From NCBI GenBank assembly GCA_033875315.1, contig JANRJG010000041.1, positions 64,467 to 128,466 on the forward strand: a DNA stretch of 64,000 nt. The letters run 5' to 3'. This document shows, piece after piece, positions 1-9,627 of this stretch. The notes below the pieces were generated by a model. It was not told the origin of the DNA and made no database searches. It saw only the letters and a list, made by a program, of their open reading frames with translations. Each line of letters starts with the position of its first letter. Within the stretch, counting starts at the first letter, position 1. This DNA comes from Candidatus Methylacidiphilales bacterium (GTDB lineage: Bacteria; Verrucomicrobiota; Verrucomicrobiia; Methylacidiphilales; CAZTYG01). The translations under genes and the position numbers were made by a program.

Positions 1-1281
1 GGTACGGTTCCCCGAGCAGGTCTGTAGTGCCTGCTGGATGGAGTGTTTTTCAATCACTTGCAGGTTGAGCGTTTCCACGGACGGGGAATTGTGTTCCATC
101 ACGGCCGAACGCAGGTCGGGAGGCAGGTCACCGGGAAGGATTTCTCTTCCACGGCACATCACCACCCCATGTTCCACGGCGGCACGCAACTGGCGCACGT
201 TACCGGGCCAGGTGTATTGCACAAGCATATCTTCCACCCGGGGGCTGAAGTGCAGCCCGGGCTTCCCGTTCTCACGCGCGAATTCCTCCAGAAACGTCCT
301 GGCCAGGAGGGCGATGTCGCCGGTCCGTTCGCGCAAAGGCGGGAGGTCGATGCGGACGACATTGATGCGGTAATACAGGTCCTCCCGGAAGGTCCCTTCC
401 TTGACCATGGCCGCAAGGTCCCGGTTGGTCGCGGCAATCACCCGGACATCGACCTGGATGCGCTTGTTCCCACCGACCCTTTCAAAAGAACGCTCGCCCA
501 GGACCCGGAGCAACTTGACCTGGATCGTGGCGTCAATTTCCCCGATCTCATCCAGGAAGATCGTGCCACCGTCCGCCTCCTCGAAGCGCCCGGTCCTCCG
601 TTCCATCGCCCCGGTAAAGGCCCCTTTTTCGTGGCCAAAAAGCTCACTCTCCAGCAACTGGGCGGACAAGGCCGCGCAATGCACCGCCAGAAACGGGCGG
701 GCTTTGCGCGAGCTGAGTTGGTGGAGGGCCTGGGCCACCAATTCCTTGCCTGTGCCACTCTCGCCCTGCACCAGGACAGTGGCCCGGGTGTCGGCCACCT
801 GACGCAGGGTCTCAAAGATTTCCACCATCCGCGGCGAGCGTCCGACAAACCGTTCCAAACCGTGCTCTTTCTCGATCCGGTCGCGCAGGCGGCGGTTTTC
901 CACCTCCACACGGCGGCCGCGCAGGGCCCGCAAGAGCATCATTTCCAGTTTGTCGATGTTGACCGGCTTGGTCACATAATCCTGCGCTCCGCGTCGCATG
1001 GCCTCGACCGCATTCTCCACCGATCCGTAGGCGGTCATCATGAAACAGACCGGTTGGTGCGGCAGGTTCTGGCACCGCTTCAACACGTCCATGCCGCTGT
1101 CCGAACCCAGTCGCAGGTCGGTCAGGACCAGGTCCACCGTCTCGGTGGTGAGCACGTTCTCCGCACCCGCCAGGTCCGGGGCCAGATAAACCTCGAAGTG
1201 GTCCGCCAAGGCACGGCGCAGCCCCTCGCGGGTGTGTTTTTCATCCTCGACGATCAACAGGGTCGGCTTCAATCCACTCAT
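1..1281 (-). CDS. sigma-54-dependent response regulator (NtrC/AtoC family), C-terminus beyond window edge
   Basis: Not in the ORF track because it has no stop inside the window. The reverse complement from ATG at 1281 reads MSGLKPTLLIVEDEKHTREGLRRAL... (receiver domain). AAA+ sigma54-activator motifs follow: GESGTGKE, ESELFGHEKGAFTGA, GGTIFLDEIG, RVIAATN, WPGNVRQL. ATGA overlap with the upstream kinase stop (1278-1281). The listed + ORF 43..1488 is its antisense shadow. Confidence 0.9.
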   Translation of the reverse strand, partial: MSGLKPTLLIVEDEKHTREGLRRALADHFEVYLAPDLAGAENVLTTETVDLVLTDLRLGSDSGMDVLKRCQNLPHQPVCFMMTAYGSVENAVEAMRRGAQDYVTKPVNIDKLEMMLLRALRGRRVEVENRRLRDRIEKEHGLERFVGRSPRMVEIFETLRQVADTRATVLVQGESGTGKELVAQALHQLSSRKARPFLAVHCAALSAQLLESELFGHEKGAFTGAMERRTGRFEEADGGTIFLDEIGEIDATIQVKLLRVLGERSFERVGGNKRIQVDVRVIAATNRDLAAMVKEGTFREDLYYRINVVRIDLPPLRERTGDIALLARTFLEEFARENGKPGLHFSPRVEDMLVQYTWPGNVRQLRAAVEHGVVMCRGREILPGDLPPDLRSAVMEHNSPSVETLNLQVIEKHSIQQALQTCSGNRT

Positions 1282-2468
1282 CCGTTTTTGCCCTTTCTGC
1301 CTTCCGCACGGGCCTTGTCCGGGGTGCTTTCCAGCAACCGGACTTGTCGACCGCCGGCCGGGAACTTCAGTCGCACCGCCGTACCGCGGCCCGGATGGCT
1401 CTCGATTTCCATCTCACCCCCGTGCTCCCTGACAATCCGTTGGACAATCATCAACCCCAGCCCGGACCCACCCTCCTTGGTGGTGTAATAGGCCTCGGTC
1501 ACTCGCGGCAAGTCCTCGACCGAGATCCCACAGCCGTTGTCCCGGAAGACCACCACCACCCATTCATCCTGCCTGGCCACTGTGATGTTGAGCAGCCCCT
1601 GGGCTCCCATGGCCTGGAAAGCGTTTCGGGAAAGATTGTATATCACCTGCTTGACCTGCACCGGATCGAGCAAAAGATCGGGCAGGTCGGACGCAATGTC
1701 AGTTTCCACCAGAACGCCGCGGTCCCGGATCTCCGCATCCAAGGTTTCCAAGGTCTCGCGGATGAGCAGTCCGAGCTGCAGGGGCTGGAAATCCGGCACG
1801 GTGGGACGGATGGCCCTGAGAAATTGCTGGATGATGGCATCCAAGCGGTCGATTTCCCGACGGGCGATGCCGATCGACTCTTTCAAGGGGGCCGCCACGT
1901 CGGGTTCTAGGCGGCGCAAATCGCGCTGCATCAATTGGAGATGGATGTTCAGACTGTTGATCGGGTTGCCCAACTCATGCGCCACACCCGCCGCCAGCAA
2001 GGTCAGGGCCTGCATCCGCTCGGATTCGATCGCCTCACGGGCCGTCGACTCCCGTTCGGTGATGTCATGGAAAATCGCCACCCGCATCCCCTCCCATGCC
2101 CCCTCGGTCACTTCCATCGGCAACAGGACCAACTCGACCACCTTCGGCTCGGGGTAATGAATCGACAGCCGCCGGGTCACCCCTTGGGGCTCGTCCAGCC
2201 ATTCTTTCCATGGCACGTCGCGCAAATAGCGCTCCACGGGCTGGCCCGAGGCCGTTTCGCGCGGAAAAGGCAGGAGCCGCGTGGCTGCACGATTGGTGTA
2301 TTGGATCACGCCTTTCCCATCCAGGACCACGATGGCGTCCTGGAGCGTGTTGAAGAGGGTTTCCAAATAACCGTGCTCCCGGGCCAGGCGCACCAAATAG
2401 CGCTGCAGCTGTTCCGGCTCCAACTGGTCCACCCGTTCCAGCAATTTCCCTAGAAAAGACGCTTTCAC
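1278..2468 (-). CDS. PAS-domain sensor histidine kinase (NtrB-like, no obvious TM segments)
   Basis: PAS-like N-terminal part (LQDAIVVLDGKGVIQYTNRAA), H-box HELGNPINSL, ATPase motifs NLSRNAFQAM, FRDNGCGI, GGSGLGL. The first codon in the track is GTG. Coupled to the regulator downstream. Confidence 0.88.
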   Translation of the reverse strand: MKASFLGKLLERVDQLEPEQLQRYLVRLAREHGYLETLFNTLQDAIVVLDGKGVIQYTNRAATRLLPFPRETASGQPVERYLRDVPWKEWLDEPQGVTRRLSIHYPEPKVVELVLLPMEVTEGAWEGMRVAIFHDITERESTAREAIESERMQALTLLAAGVAHELGNPINSLNIHLQLMQRDLRRLEPDVAAPLKESIGIARREIDRLDAIIQQFLRAIRPTVPDFQPLQLGLLIRETLETLDAEIRDRGVLVETDIASDLPDLLLDPVQVKQVIYNLSRNAFQAMGAQGLLNITVARQDEWVVVVFRDNGCGISVEDLPRVTEAYYTTKEGGSGLGLMIVQRIVREHGGEMEIESHPGRGTAVRLKFPAGGRQVRLLESTPDKARAEGRKGKNG

Positions 2469-2569
2469 AGAGACAAAATGTCTCTTATCCCCTCATTTTC
2501 GACAAGAGCGAATTTTGCTGACAAAATGACGCAAATACCCTCGCCTGTCACGATGTCACTGCAGAGGCT

Positions 2570-3541
2570 TCAAAACCACTTCTTGCGCTTGAGCCAGATG
2601 GCCATTCCGATCACGCCCAGGATGTTGAGCAAAAAAGCCATCGGATAGGAAGACGCCCACTTCAACTCCGGCATCTGCTCGAAATTCATCCCGTACCAAC
2701 TCCCGATCACCACCGGGGGCAGGGTCAAGGCGGTCAGGGCGGTCAGAACTTTGATCCCCTCGTTGGACTGCTGGGCCGTGCGGTTCAGGTAAAGATCAAA
2801 CGAGGTCAACAACTGTTCGCTCGCCGACAGCGCCGTTTCATCGATCCGCACCAGATTGTCATGAATGTCGCGGAAGTAGGGCAGCAGATTCGGCCGGATG
2901 AGCTTGTATTCACCGCGGGCCAGACGGCCGATGATTTCCCGTTGGGGCCGGACGATGCGGCGGAGCAACCCGATGTCCTTCCGGCAGTCCAGGATCATCG
3001 GCACCATGTCCTGGGTGTGCGATTTCCCCAAAAGCAGATCTTCCAGTTCCTCCAATTCCTCGTGCAACTCATCCATCACCGGATTGTAATTATCCACCAT
3101 CAAATCGATGATGGTGTGGGCCAGGCGGTCGGGACCGCGGGCGATCGTGCCGATCTTGTTCACGGATCGTTCGATCGCCGTCTTGAGCGAGCGCAGGGGC
3201 AATTCATGGTAGGTGACGAGGTAATCCTTGCCCAAGAACAGGTTCAATTCGGTGGTGGTGAATTTTTCCTGACGGTTGAAATCCACCGCGTGCATGACCA
3301 TGAAGAGATAGTCCTCATAGTCCTCGATTTTGGGCAGTTGCGAAACCGCCACACAGTCCTCGATCGAGAGCGGGTGGAAATGAAAGAGCCCTTCCAGGAC
3401 CTCCCGGGTTTCTTCGTCGGTCGGATTGTCCAAGTCGATCCAGATGATCAATCCCTTGTCCGAGCGGACCAGACGCAGGGCGTCGAGGTCGAGATCCTGC
3501 GCCGCCAGCTTGCCCTCGTTGAATACAAACGTGCGGATCAT
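2570..3541 (-). CDS. corA: CorA-family magnesium/cobalt transporter
   Basis: 323 aa. C-terminal two-TM region carries the signature YGMNF (WYGMNFEQMPEL). Typical CorA length and acidic N-terminal domain. Confidence 0.92.
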   Translation of the reverse strand: MIRTFVFNEGKLAAQDLDLDALRLVRSDKGLIIWIDLDNPTDEETREVLEGLFHFHPLSIEDCVAVSQLPKIEDYEDYLFMVMHAVDFNRQEKFTTTELNLFLGKDYLVTYHELPLRSLKTAIERSVNKIGTIARGPDRLAHTIIDLMVDNYNPVMDELHEELEELEDLLLGKSHTQDMVPMILDCRKDIGLLRRIVRPQREIIGRLARGEYKLIRPNLLPYFRDIHDNLVRIDETALSASEQLLTSFDLYLNRTAQQSNEGIKVLTALTALTLPPVVIGSWYGMNFEQMPELKWASSYPMAFLLNILGVIGMAIWLKRKKWF

Positions 3542-3896
3542 CCCTGCTTCTTACGCTCTGGACCCGACCGGGCAAGCCCGATCTTGGCCCCGGGAAACCA
3601 ACGCCTCATGGCGGACTGCTTCTACCCATCCCTGAAATCAGGCCGGCAAAGCACACCGGAATAGACTCAAGAAATAAAAATCTGATCTCTCGGAAGATTC
3701 TGTCAAATTTAGCCAGGCAAATTTCGTTGAAACTACCGCCTCCCGAAAGGAGCTAAGAACCTATCCGGATAGGCTCTTGGTCTCCGAATCTACACCTTGA
3801 GGAATTACGGTTTGTCGCCGGCCGCCGTTACTGAATGCTCCAAAGGAAATTTTTTGCCGGATTGATACGTCTGTATGGGCTGCCTCTCGCTCGGCG

Positions 3897-4631
3897 TTAA
3901 GGCGATTCGCGTGGCAGAAGAAAGGAGGGAGCAATTTCCGACGTAAACGATTTCAACATGTCCAGAGTCTGGGCTTCATCTTTACCGTTGAGGACATACC
4001 CTTGGGTGACCACGCTCATGACACTGACGTAAGCCCAACGGTGGTTGATTTGGCGGAACACCCGATCCCAACTGGTCAAAAAGAGTCGCTTCCAATGGTG
4101 CGGAGTTGTCGTGTCCTTGCCAATGAACCAATAAAGAAAGACCGCGCGCATCTGGTTCTTGCGACCGTTCCCAAAATCGACTTCACGCTGCAGGTCCAGC
4201 TTCATTGCTTCGAGATTGCCGCCATCCTTCATCGGGATGTTCACGGTCTGGCCCTTGCGCATGTACCAACCTTGGGCAGGCAGACAGACTTCTGGGCGGT
4301 GGATGCTGCGCTTCTCCCCACCCGCCAGCACGATGGAAACCGTGATGCGGTCACCTTTGGTCGAAAAGTAGGCCTTGCGGACAATCTCGGTGTCGCTTGG
4401 CAGGAGGAGTTTTTCGCCAGGGGACATTTCCTGGGGTTCCGAGAGCATGCCCAGAGGGAAATCAGGCAAAACCATCCGCACTCCGGGTTGGGAGGCCGTG
4501 TTTGGGTTGGGTGTGATCCAGCATATCCCCACCGCCAGAATCGAGAGCCCGAGCAGGACCAGTCCGCGCCCGAGAGCGATGCGGATCGGCCCGGTCTTTG
4601 TGCCCGTGATGTCCAGTGTCAGCTCAGTCAT
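3897..4631 (-). CDS. epsI: exosortase-associated EpsI-family protein
   Basis: N-terminal TM anchor, then the EpsI-type motif HRPEVCLPAQGW. Lies directly downstream of the exosortase with a 1-nt TGATG overlap. Confidence 0.8.
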   Translation of the reverse strand: MTELTLDITGTKTGPIRIALGRGLVLLGLSILAVGICWITPNPNTASQPGVRMVLPDFPLGMLSEPQEMSPGEKLLLPSDTEIVRKAYFSTKGDRITVSIVLAGGEKRSIHRPEVCLPAQGWYMRKGQTVNIPMKDGGNLEAMKLDLQREVDFGNGRKNQMRAVFLYWFIGKDTTTPHHWKRLFLTSWDRVFRQINHRWAYVSVMSVVTQGYVLNGKDEAQTLDMLKSFTSEIAPSFLLPRESP

Positions 4632-5773
4632 CAGAACTCCTTTCCGGGCTGGGGAGGACTCTTTACCGCGCCGATCACTGCGTACAATCCCTTGCTCCTC
4701 TCGATCAGTGTTTTGCAGCCTTCATTCAGGAACCAACCCCACGTGAACATTCCTCCCAACGCCACCCCGAATACCAGAAATCCGGAAGCCATGTGGTACG
4801 TGCTTGGATGCTCCAAATCCCCGATGGCCACCTTGCTGCCCAATAGAAGAGTGCCGAAGGTGAGCATGAGGATGCGACAAAAGTTGCCCAGCACGGCAAA
4901 CGGGGCCGCCGAAAGAAAAACCAGCCAACCCCGCCAATGGTCGGTGAAAAAGGCCAGGAATTCGACGCACCCCCTCTGCCAAAACGGCCCCCCAGCCACC
5001 TGCTTGCGCCATCCGGCCAGGGTGTCGTCTTTGGTGGTACCGAAATAGGCGAAAAGGGCGGAAACCATGGTCAGGGCAAAGAGCGACCGGATACCGCTGC
5101 ACGGATCGGCCACATCCAGGGCGAATCGGGCCCCCTGGGCCAGCCCGCGCACCGGATCAGGAGCCGAAACAATCGACGTCCCCACCCGCAGAACGTCGAG
5201 GCCGATGAGATTCAGAAACCCATGCGAAAAACGGGCCATGATGTCACGCAGGGGAAATGCGATCGTCGCTTCCAGAAATGGCATCGGCCAGGCAAAAAAC
5301 AGAAAAGCATAGGGAAAAAAAACCGCCCGCAACAGCGGCCAACCAAACAGCCACACTGCCGTGGCCCCAATCATGAGATGAAAAACCAAAAAGCTGAAAA
5401 CCACGATGTCGATGAGGTAACCAACCCAGAAGAGCCCCATGCCTAACAGGAAAAGATACAATCCGGAAATCTGCCCCTCCCAAGGAACATCTCGCAATTT
5501 CTCACGATCCAACCAAATGATGAAAAGGGAAATCAGCGGCACCAATTGGCAGTGCTCCCATTCTTTTGCGTGCTTCCACATCCAGAGGAGGTTGGAGACC
5601 ACCGAAGTCGGCTGGTCACCCCAACCCGCCCCATAGGGGAACAAGGCAAACATCAGGGCCAAGCCGGCACCGGCCGCTGCCACAGAAGCCGAAGGCATGA
5701 GCCATACCGGAAATCGCGAATGGCTTCCGTTCTGCATGGCCAACAAAGTAGACACATCGCCCGAAGGTTCCAA
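4631..5773 (-). CDS. exosortase (Xrt family; subtype not assignable)
   Basis: Polytopic membrane protein with the exosortase catalytic-type motifs DPCSGIRS (Cys), LGNFCR (Arg) and a later conserved His (YHMASG). Partnered with EpsI. Confidence 0.85.
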   Translation of the reverse strand: MEPSGDVSTLLAMQNGSHSRFPVWLMPSASVAAAGAGLALMFALFPYGAGWGDQPTSVVSNLLWMWKHAKEWEHCQLVPLISLFIIWLDREKLRDVPWEGQISGLYLFLLGMGLFWVGYLIDIVVFSFLVFHLMIGATAVWLFGWPLLRAVFFPYAFLFFAWPMPFLEATIAFPLRDIMARFSHGFLNLIGLDVLRVGTSIVSAPDPVRGLAQGARFALDVADPCSGIRSLFALTMVSALFAYFGTTKDDTLAGWRKQVAGGPFWQRGCVEFLAFFTDHWRGWLVFLSAAPFAVLGNFCRILMLTFGTLLLGSKVAIGDLEHPSTYHMASGFLVFGVALGGMFTWGWFLNEGCKTLIERSKGLYAVIGAVKSPPQPGKEF

Positions 5774-5822
5774 ACGCTTTTTTCAATGTGGCACGCCCCT
5801 GCCTTGCCGGAAGTCTCCGCAA

Positions 5823-6866
5823 TCAACGATTGTCCGCCGAAGACGCCTTCACCGCCGCGACCACTTCATCCACTTCCAATTCGCGCAGCAGTGACAACCC
5901 CTTGGTCACATAATCCCGCAGGCACCCCTCGGTCATGGGCTTCTTCATGACACGGACATGCGGTCCGCGCGGGGCAAACCAGACATCGGGCATTTCGCCA
6001 AAAAGGACCACCGTGTCTTTACCCATGGAAGCCGAGAGATGGGCCGGAAACGAATCCAACCCGATCAACCCCCGGGCTCCCGCCACCAACTCCGCAAAAC
6101 CGCGCAGCCCGCCCGCTTCAAAGACTTCCTGCCCCGGAGGCAGCTCGACTTCATCATCCATCCCCTGACTCCGCACCCAGACCGTGGACACATCGAGCGC
6201 GCGCAAGCGGATTAAGAGCTCCCGCCATTTCTCCCCACTCCAACGCTTGGGCAACAATCTGCCCCCGGAATGCACCACCCAATAAGAGTTGCGGCGGCCC
6301 GCAGATTTAAGTCCTGGAGCAGGAACAACCGGCCATGAAAACAACTCATTGACAGAAAACCCCAGCATCCGCGCCATCTCGCCCCAGTTGTCCTGGTGGT
6401 GCAGGTCGCGGCGGGGTCGCAACCAGGCTTCGGTCAGCAGGGGACCGGCGAGACCATTCAACAAACGCCCGAAAGCCTGTGTCTCCCGCAGGCAGGGACG
6501 AAGGAAAGCAGCCTCGCGGGCGTAACAGTTGTTCGGCACCGCAGGCAGGCCGATGCGTCGATCAAAGCCCGCACGCTTCATCCAAAAATGTGTCCGCGGA
6601 TCACCCCAGGCACAAACCGCCGTATCCGCTCCATGCTTCTGCCTCCACCCCCCCCAATCGTCTCCCCTCCACCAGTTGTCCACATCCGGGCGGAAAATCC
6701 CCACAGCCAGATCCGGAAAAGCCAACTGGATGACAGACGCCGGCCCCGGCGTGGCACAGGCCGTGACCTCGATTCCCGCCTCGCGCGCCCCATGGATGAA
6801 GGGCAACGCCATGACCGCATCGCCCATCTGGTGCCATTCCACCACCGTTATCTTTGCAGGCCTCAC
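5823..6866 (-). CDS. glycosyltransferase family 9 (heptosyltransferase-like)
   Basis: N-terminal QMGDAVMALPF and C-terminal LIGLDSFPAHLSASMGKDTVVLFG resemble GT9 donor-binding motifs. Confidence 0.72.
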   Translation of the reverse strand: MRPAKITVVEWHQMGDAVMALPFIHGAREAGIEVTACATPGPASVIQLAFPDLAVGIFRPDVDNWWRGDDWGGWRQKHGADTAVCAWGDPRTHFWMKRAGFDRRIGLPAVPNNCYAREAAFLRPCLRETQAFGRLLNGLAGPLLTEAWLRPRRDLHHQDNWGEMARMLGFSVNELFSWPVVPAPGLKSAGRRNSYWVVHSGGRLLPKRWSGEKWRELLIRLRALDVSTVWVRSQGMDDEVELPPGQEVFEAGGLRGFAELVAGARGLIGLDSFPAHLSASMGKDTVVLFGEMPDVWFAPRGPHVRVMKKPMTEGCLRDYVTKGLSLLRELEVDEVVAAVKASSADNR

Positions 6867-6938
6867 GCGGTCAACTTATCGGCTCCCGAAGCTGATGTCA
6901 CCTTTCACCTACCAACGACCATCTCCCGATTCCAGCCA

Positions 6939-7646
6939 CTAGTCACAGACTCGGCAAAGTGCCACCACGGAAAGGCCCGCCAGCCTGTTTTGACAGGCCC
7001 AGGAAAGCTCCCACCGGCATACCCGCTCAAGGAGCACCCCCGCCCAGACCGGCAACGTTTTCATATCAGATGACGTGGGATTCCGGTTCAACCACCCGCG
7101 CATGCGCACCGGAACCGCCAGTGGCAGTATGCTGGCAAAAAAATAATGAGTCCTCAAGATTTCCAGCCGTCCCTCACTTTCCAGTAACCGCCTCAAACTG
7201 GCAATGGTGTAGCGCCGGTAATGACCCAAAAAGCGATCGTGAGAAGAATACAAAAAAGGCAGGGCAGGAACGGTGATAAAGACATAGCCGTTTTTTGACA
7301 CCCGCGAAACGGAATCCGATAGAACCTTTTGGTCGTCCGGCACGTGCTCAAGCACATCCATCATGATCGCGAGATCGTAAGTCTTTCCCGGCAAAAAAGA
7401 TGGATGGATTTCGATCCGGCTGTTGAGCGCCGTGGTTACCTGGGCATAGACCGGATCCACCCCGAGGGAGCGCGCGGGAGAAGCCAGACCCACTTGTTCC
7501 AGCTTGTGGAGAAACAGGCCCAACCCAGAGCCAACATCGACGCAAGTGAACCGCTCGGGATCGAGGGGCAGCGAACGCAAATGTTCGAGCAACAAGGCAA
7601 ATTTGGCTTTGTAGTACCAGTGAGCCAAAGCCTCCCCACCGATCAT
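6939..7646 (-). CDS. class I SAM-dependent methyltransferase
   Basis: SAM motif I VDVGSGLGLFL and DLAIMMDVLEHV. I prefer the ATG at 7646 because it forms an ATGA overlap with the upstream stop (7643-7646). Alternative starts are 7670 (MDVTEKE) and the track maximum 7763. Confidence 0.75.
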   Translation of the reverse strand: MIGGEALAHWYYKAKFALLLEHLRSLPLDPERFTCVDVGSGLGLFLHKLEQVGLASPARSLGVDPVYAQVTTALNSRIEIHPSFLPGKTYDLAIMMDVLEHVPDDQKVLSDSVSRVSKNGYVFITVPALPFLYSSHDRFLGHYRRYTIASLRRLLESEGRLEILRTHYFFASILPLAVPVRMRGWLNRNPTSSDMKTLPVWAGVLLERVCRWELSWACQNRLAGLSVVALCRVCD

Positions 7647-8404
7647 CTGTTCTTTCTCTGTGACATCCATGCCAGCCTTTCCTTCCGGATCTGCCACAGG
7701 GAAGTGACCATCCGAATTGTGTCCCTCATCAATCGAACCTTGCTGCCGGGAACATCCTCCCAATCAATGGGCACCTCCAGGACGGGCCAACCGGATGTTT
7801 TCAAGGCCGCCAGCAGTTCCACATCAAAGGCAAAACGGTGGCCACGAAGTCTGCCCCTGACCGCCTGGAATCCTGCTTGGGGAATAAATTTTAGACCACA
7901 CTGGCTGTCATATATCCCCGGGTCGATCATCACACCAACCAGAAAGGCAAAGAACCGCCCCATGAAGTGTCGTGCGGTCGTTCTGGTTATGGAACGCCCC
8001 AGCATTTTGATGCGAGAGCCAAAAAAAACCGGATCGCCATCACCACCGAGCAAAGACGCCACCCGACACACTTCTTCCGGAGATACCGCCCCGTCGGCAT
8101 CGACGAAGCCCAGATAAGGATAATCGTTGCCGCGGTCCCATGCCGTCAGCACGGCCCCGCCTTTGCCTTTGTTTTCTTCCAGCCAGATGGTCTCTAACAG
8201 ACAACTATACTGGGCTGCGATGGGCTTGATTTTTTCCCGCAGCAGGTTTTGCTCGGCCTCTCCGGATCCGTCATCGACAACCTGGATCCGCGCTCCGGGG
8301 AACTGCCTCTCCAAAGCCTCGGCCAACTTCCCCAAGTAAACCGGCAGCCGCCGGCTTTCCCGATAGGCAGGAATAGCCAACAGAAACTTCAAGGGCGCGG
8401 TCAT
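7643..8404 (-). CDS. GT2 glycosyltransferase, polyprenyl-phosphate hexosyltransferase-like
   Basis: LAIPAYRESRRLPVYL ... VVDDGSGE ... DADGAV: typical GT2 DxD architecture of dolichyl-/undecaprenyl-phosphate glycosyltransferases. Confidence 0.82.
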   Translation of the reverse strand: MTAPLKFLLAIPAYRESRRLPVYLGKLAEALERQFPGARIQVVDDGSGEAEQNLLREKIKPIAAQYSCLLETIWLEENKGKGGAVLTAWDRGNDYPYLGFVDADGAVSPEEVCRVASLLGGDGDPVFFGSRIKMLGRSITRTTARHFMGRFFAFLVGVMIDPGIYDSQCGLKFIPQAGFQAVRGRLRGHRFAFDVELLAALKTSGWPVLEVPIDWEDVPGSKVRLMRDTIRMVTSLWQIRKERLAWMSQRKNR

Positions 8405-8655
8405 AACCAGAAATAGAGGCGGCTTCGGCGGGCACTAGGCACCTACTTGGGAAAGGCTCGTCTCCTGCAAAGAGGAGGGGCAGCCCCTCCCTCCCGGGTT
8501 GCGAACCACCGCAAGCCCGATCAAACCCGAGCAGCGGCCCTTCCCCACACGTATGAGCAGTGATAACGCCATGTAGTCGCTTTGCACGGGCATCATGTCC
8601 GCAATAGACCGGAAAACAAGCATTCGGTATCCGGAAACCCCGCGGCTCACCAACC

Positions 8656-9627
8656 TCACTTCACCGCTTCCCCGCCGCTCGACTCCGCAAGCCTATTCCT
8701 CACCCGCACTCCGGCCCCGCACCCAGCAGGAATACCACAACAACCCGATAGAAAACAATCCCCCGCATCACGCAGCGCGGCCCAACCCCATCCCTCTGTT
8801 CTGAAAAAGCGGCGGTAATTCCCCGGCAGATACCTCCACAAATGCGCGCTGCCCCTGTTCCAATAGGCCAGGTAGGTCAAGTTCTGCAGCAGGGCACAAA
8901 ATTTGGCGTAACCCCTCCGGGAATTACTCCCGGGACTTTCTGGAGGAAGATGGGGAACGGCCACATCGCCCCTGAATACAGCCCCTTCAACTTGGGCCAC
9001 CCGCATGGAAAAATCCAAATCTTCGCCCAGCATCCAAAAATCTGTCCGGTGCAGTCCGGCTTTTGACACGGCGGCCACCGACACCAACTGACAGGCCCCG
9101 GTGGTCCACAAACAGGGATGCGCCGAGGATCCACATGCCCGGGCCACCGCCACAGGGTCACTCGTGCGGCGAAAAAGTCGCCGCAGCCCGAGTTGCCGTG
9201 GCTCGGGGAACCCCCAAATTTTCCCCTCGTGGTCCGTCAACAGCGGAACCGCCATGCCCGCCCCGGCCCCCGCCAGGGCCTCGAGTAAAAGGGCCAGGGT
9301 TTCCGGAGGTGGCGCCACATCATCATCCAGAATCCACCAGTGTGTCGGCGTGGGTTCAACAGACGCCGCCCTTTCCAACAAATGTTCCTCGGCCAACCTT
9401 AATCCCGCCCCACAACCCAGGTTCGATGCAGCCGCCAGATAAGTGGACTTGACCGGGAGCGTGGACACCGTTTCCCGTGTGGTGGGATCATTGGCATTGT
9501 CCACCACCACGATACCCGCCACTGGGTGGGTCTGTCTGGACAGACACTCTCCCAGTCTGCGGATTTCCTGTGGACGACGGTAAGTCGCCACCAATGCCAC
9601 CACCACCGCCGATCCTCCGGCTTTCAC
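8656..9627 (-). CDS. GT2 glycosyltransferase (rhamnosyltransferase-like)
   Basis: VVVALVATYRRPQEIRRLGECLSRQTHPVAGIVVVDNA... Start chosen at GTG 9627, which forms a GTGA overlap with the upstream stop. The track maximum is 9690. Confidence 0.75.
   Translation of the reverse strand: MKAGGSAVVVALVATYRRPQEIRRLGECLSRQTHPVAGIVVVDNANDPTTRETVSTLPVKSTYLAAASNLGCGAGLRLAEEHLLERAASVEPTPTHWWILDDDVAPPPETLALLLEALAGAGAGMAVPLLTDHEGKIWGFPEPRQLGLRRLFRRTSDPVAVARACGSSAHPCLWTTGACQLVSVAAVSKAGLHRTDFWMLGEDLDFSMRVAQVEGAVFRGDVAVPHLPPESPGSNSRRGYAKFCALLQNLTYLAYWNRGSAHLWRYLPGNYRRFFRTEGWGWAALRDAGDCFLSGCCGIPAGCGAGVRVRNRLAESSGGEAVK

Noticed and set aside
43-1488. 481-aa + strand ORF, the longest ORF listed at the left end
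   Set aside because: It lies antisense to a response-regulator reading frame with textbook sigma54-activator motifs and to the 3' end of the kinase gene. Its translation is Pro/Gly/Arg/His-rich with no recognisable domain. This is a typical high-GC shadow ORF.
3542-3896. M-box (Mg2+) riboswitch in the corA leader
   Set aside because: I could not recognise the conserved M-box helices or loops by eye on the minus strand. A covariance-model scan is needed before any such call.
5789-5807. Sigma54 -24/-12 promoter (TGGCACgcccctgccTTGCc)
   Set aside because: The GG-to-GC spacing is wrong for either candidate GC (one off, or several too long). The site is on the + strand and points into the 3' end of a minus-strand gene.
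8435-8659. 74-aa minus-strand ORF in the 251-bp gap between two GT2 genes
   Set aside because: No motif, an odd composition, and its 5' end overlaps the stop of the upstream gene. The gap contains an imperfect GC hairpin (about 8472-8493: gaggagggg cag cccctccctc) that could be a weak terminator. With a mismatch and a poor T-run, I did not list it as a feature.
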